64,000 nt of DNA from assembly GCA_049509335.1 (NCBI GenBank), contig JBEKZZ010000016.1:3243-67242 (forward strand), written 5' to 3'. Source of the stretch: Bradyrhizobium sp. (GTDB lineage Bacteria; Pseudomonadota; Alphaproteobacteria; Rhizobiales; Xanthobacteraceae). Of this stretch, positions 61,631 to 64,000 are shown piece after piece. The position numbers and the translations under genes are program-made. The stretch's first letter is position 1; every line of letters starts with the position of its first letter. The notes beneath the pieces were generated by a model. It made no database searches, was not told the origin of the DNA, and was given only the letters and a program-made list of their open reading frames with translations.

Positions 61631-62604
61631 CTGCAATACGCTCGGTCGTGCTCGGCTGCGGCTCGTATCTGCCGGAGCGAGTTTTGACCAACGCCGAACT
61701 GGCGGCACGGATCGACACATCGGATGAATGGATCGTCCAGCGCACGGGTATCCGTCAGCGTCATATCGCGGCCGACGGCGAGTTCACGTCACATCTGGCG
61801 ATCAAGGCCGCGCAGTCGGCCTTGGCCCATGCCGGCGTCGACGCGCAATCAATCGACCTGATCGTGCTCGCAACCTCGACGCCTGACAACACCTTTCCCG
61901 CCACGGCGGTTGCGGTCCAGAACGGGCTTGGCATTTACCACGGTGCAGCCTTCGATTTGCAGGCGGTATGCTCGGGCTTCGTGTTCGCGCTCGCGACAGC
62001 CGACAATTTTCTGCGCAGCGGGGCGTTCAAGCGTGCGCTTGTGATCGGCGCGGAGACATTCTCGCGGATCCTCGACTGGAACGATCGCGGCACCTGCGTG
62101 CTGTTTGGCGACGGCGCCGGAGCGGTGGTGCTGGAAGCCCAGCCGCAGCCCGGGCTCAGCTCCGACCGCGGTATTTTGACGACCCATCTGCGATCGGATG
62201 GGCGGCACAAGTCGAAACTATATGTCGATGGCGGCCCGTCCTCGACCCGGACTGTGGGTCACCTCCGAATGGAGGGGAGGGAGGTCTTCAAGCATGCCGT
62301 GGGCATGATCACCGACGTGATCGTCGATGCCTTTGAGGCGACCGGTCTGACCGCCGATGACATCAATTGGTTTGTTCCGCACCAGGCCAACAAACGAATC
62401 ATCGATGCTTCTGCGCACAAATTGCATATTGCGCCGCAGAAGGTCGTGCTCACCGTTGACCGGCACGGCAACACGTCAGCGGCGTCAATTCCGCTGGCGC
62501 TGGCGGTGGCTGTTGCCGACGGCCGCATCAAGAAGGGCGATTTGGTGCTGCTGGAGGCCATGGGCGGAGGGTTTACCTGGGGGTCGGTGCTGGTCCGTTG
62601 GTAA
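61627..62604 (+). CDS. fabH: 3-oxoacyl-ACP synthase III
   Basis: AVCSGF (Cys), PHQAN (His), GNTSAAS (Asn). Confidence 0.97.
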   Translation: MTAIRSVVLGCGSYLPERVLTNAELAARIDTSDEWIVQRTGIRQRHIAADGEFTSHLAIKAAQSALAHAGVDAQSIDLIVLATSTPDNTFPATAVAVQNGLGIYHGAAFDLQAVCSGFVFALATADNFLRSGAFKRALVIGAETFSRILDWNDRGTCVLFGDGAGAVVLEAQPQPGLSSDRGILTTHLRSDGRHKSKLYVDGGPSSTRTVGHLRMEGREVFKHAVGMITDVIVDAFEATGLTADDINWFVPHQANKRIIDASAHKLHIAPQKVVLTVDRHGNTSAASIPLALAVAVADGRIKKGDLVLLEAMGGGFTWGSVLVRW

Positions 62605-62735
62605 GCAGCGGGTAAATAAAACCCGATGTTTTGCGCGTTTCTTTCATGCTATGAGGGCAGGACGGCTGTTGACCGTCGGTACTTAAGCTCATAATTTCAG
62701 AAGCGAATATTTGTTCGCCGGGAGTGGGGCAGGCG

Positions 62736-63059
62736 ATGACCGGAAGCGGAAAGACCGTCACGCGTGTTGATCTGTGCGAGGCCGTCTACCAGAAGGTGGG
62801 GCTATCGCGCACGGAATCATCCGCGTTTGTCGAACTGGTATTGAAAGAGATTACCGATTGCCTTGAGAAGGGCGAGACGGTGAAGTTGTCTTCGTTCGGC
62901 TCGTTCATGGTCCGCAAGAAGGGTCAGCGGATCGGCCGTAATCCGAAGACCGGGACCGAGGTGCCGATTTCGCCGCGCCGTGTCATGGTGTTCAAGCCAT
63001 CGGCGATTCTCAAGCAGCGCATCAACGGCCACGCCGGAAACAACGGCAAGGCCGAATAG
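62736..63059 (+). CDS. ihfA: Integration host factor alpha
   Basis: [27 protein letters not shown]; fabH-ihfA-merR synteny. Confidence 0.95.
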   Translation: MTGSGKTVTRVDLCEAVYQKVGLSRTESSAFVELVLKEITDCLEKGETVKLSSFGSFMVRKKGQRIGRNPKTGTEVPISPRRVMVFKPSAILKQRINGHAGNNGKAE

Positions 63060-63102
63060 ACCAGCGGTCTTTCCACCAGGGCGAGGATAGAGGAGCGAGC
63101 AT

Positions 63103-63672
63103 TTGGACAAGGCGCCGGATGCCTTCCGAACCATAAGCGAGGTCGCGGACGATCTCGACATCCCGCAACATGTCTTGCGGTTCTGGGAGACACGATTCTC
63201 CCAGATCAAGCCGATGAAGCGGAGCGGGGGGCGCCGATACTACCGTCCTGACGATGTCGACTTGCTGAAGGGAATCCGCCGTCTGCTCTACGGCGAAGGC
63301 TACACCATCCGTGGCGTGCAGCGCATTTTGAAGGAGCACGGGATCGGATCGGTGCAGCGGCTTGCGGATGCCTCCGCCGTTGCTTCCTTCGGCGCCATCG
63401 AGGAGGTGGTCGGCCAAAGCATCTTGGAGGAGGACGACGGCGTCGCTCCGCCGCTTGACCTCGATGACGACGATTTTGACAGTGCCGAGGAAAGCGGAAT
63501 CCCCCGCTTTGCCGAGCGCGGCCGCCGACGAGAAGTCGAAAGTTTCGACGAGGAGGCGATCCCGGGCGTCGCGGAGCTATCTCCCGTGGTTGATCTGGCG
63601 CGCTTGAGGGGGGTGCTGGAGAATCTGGTCGCCTGCCGGCGATTGCTGGATGCCGCGCTCAAGGACGGCTAA
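63103..63672 (+). CDS. MerR-family regulator (ihfA-linked)
   Basis: [29 protein letters not shown]. Confidence 0.92.
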   Translation: MDKAPDAFRTISEVADDLDIPQHVLRFWETRFSQIKPMKRSGGRRYYRPDDVDLLKGIRRLLYGEGYTIRGVQRILKEHGIGSVQRLADASAVASFGAIEEVVGQSILEEDDGVAPPLDLDDDDFDSAEESGIPRFAERGRRREVESFDEEAIPGVAELSPVVDLARLRGVLENLVACRRLLDAALKDG

Positions 63673-63779
63673 AGCCTCCGGTAGGGCCCAGACTCATCGG
63701 CTAAAGTAACTGATTGATCGGCCAAGGGCCCGGTCGCCAAGCGAATCCTACCCGTCCGGATCAAAATTCAGGGTAATGA

Positions 63780-63857
63780 TGGTCGGAGCGAGAGGATTTG
63801 AACCTCCGACCCCTAGTCTCCCAGACTAGTGCGCTAACCGGGCTGCGCCACGCTCCG
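63780..63857 (-). tRNA. tRNA-Pro (anticodon GGG)
   Basis: Reverse complement CGGAGCGTGGCGCAGCCCGGTTAGCGCACTAGTCTGGGAGACTAGGGGTCGGAGGTTCAAATCCTCTCGCTCCGACCA. Confidence 0.97.
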
Positions 63858-64000
63858 ATGCCGTTCCCTTAGCTTCGATCAGACTGGCGCGCAAGGCGCG
63901 CGATGTACTGCCGGGGCGTGCGCCGGGCTCCAGCCCTGCCCATCCCGGTCAGCATCCGCCCACCGAAAAACCATCGATCTCCGTGATGTTGGCCGACCCG

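Overview
High-GC alphaproteobacterial chromosome segment whose gene content and repeats look like Bradyrhizobium/Nitrobacteraceae. Most of it is conserved core: slt-dapA-mscL-smpB, rpoZ-spoT-pdxJ-acpS-lepB-rnc-era-recO-parC, mntH, bpt, hemB, ldtR/L,D-transpeptidase, glyA-nrdR-ribD-ribE-ribH-nusB-thiL, hppA, bamE, yceD-plsX-fabH-ihfA-merR, plus tRNA-Ser(GCT) and tRNA-Pro(GGG). Accessory blocks sit at 1-1.9 kb (MerR module), 23-34.3 kb (lactonase/hydrolase pair, ars operon, adenylate cyclase, MFS, PspA-YqiJ-flotillin operon) and 35.8-40.1 kb (secreted Rid protein, AraC-nitrilase-aldoxime dehydratase). The top candidate for a novel system is 33113-34255 (-). It is a PspA/IM30 (bacterial ESCRT-III) gene carrying an extra ~165-aa N-terminal domain that, by eye, resembles the WED/REC half of TnpB/Cas12f with no RuvC. 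It has a strong internal RBS+ATG at the domain junction and heads a yqiJ-flotillin membrane-stress operon. Also seen: several families of palindromic intergenic repeats, an autotransporter C-terminal relic, and paired MerR operators. No CRISPR array, integrase or intact transposase was found. All assignments come from motif recognition by eye; no searches were run.
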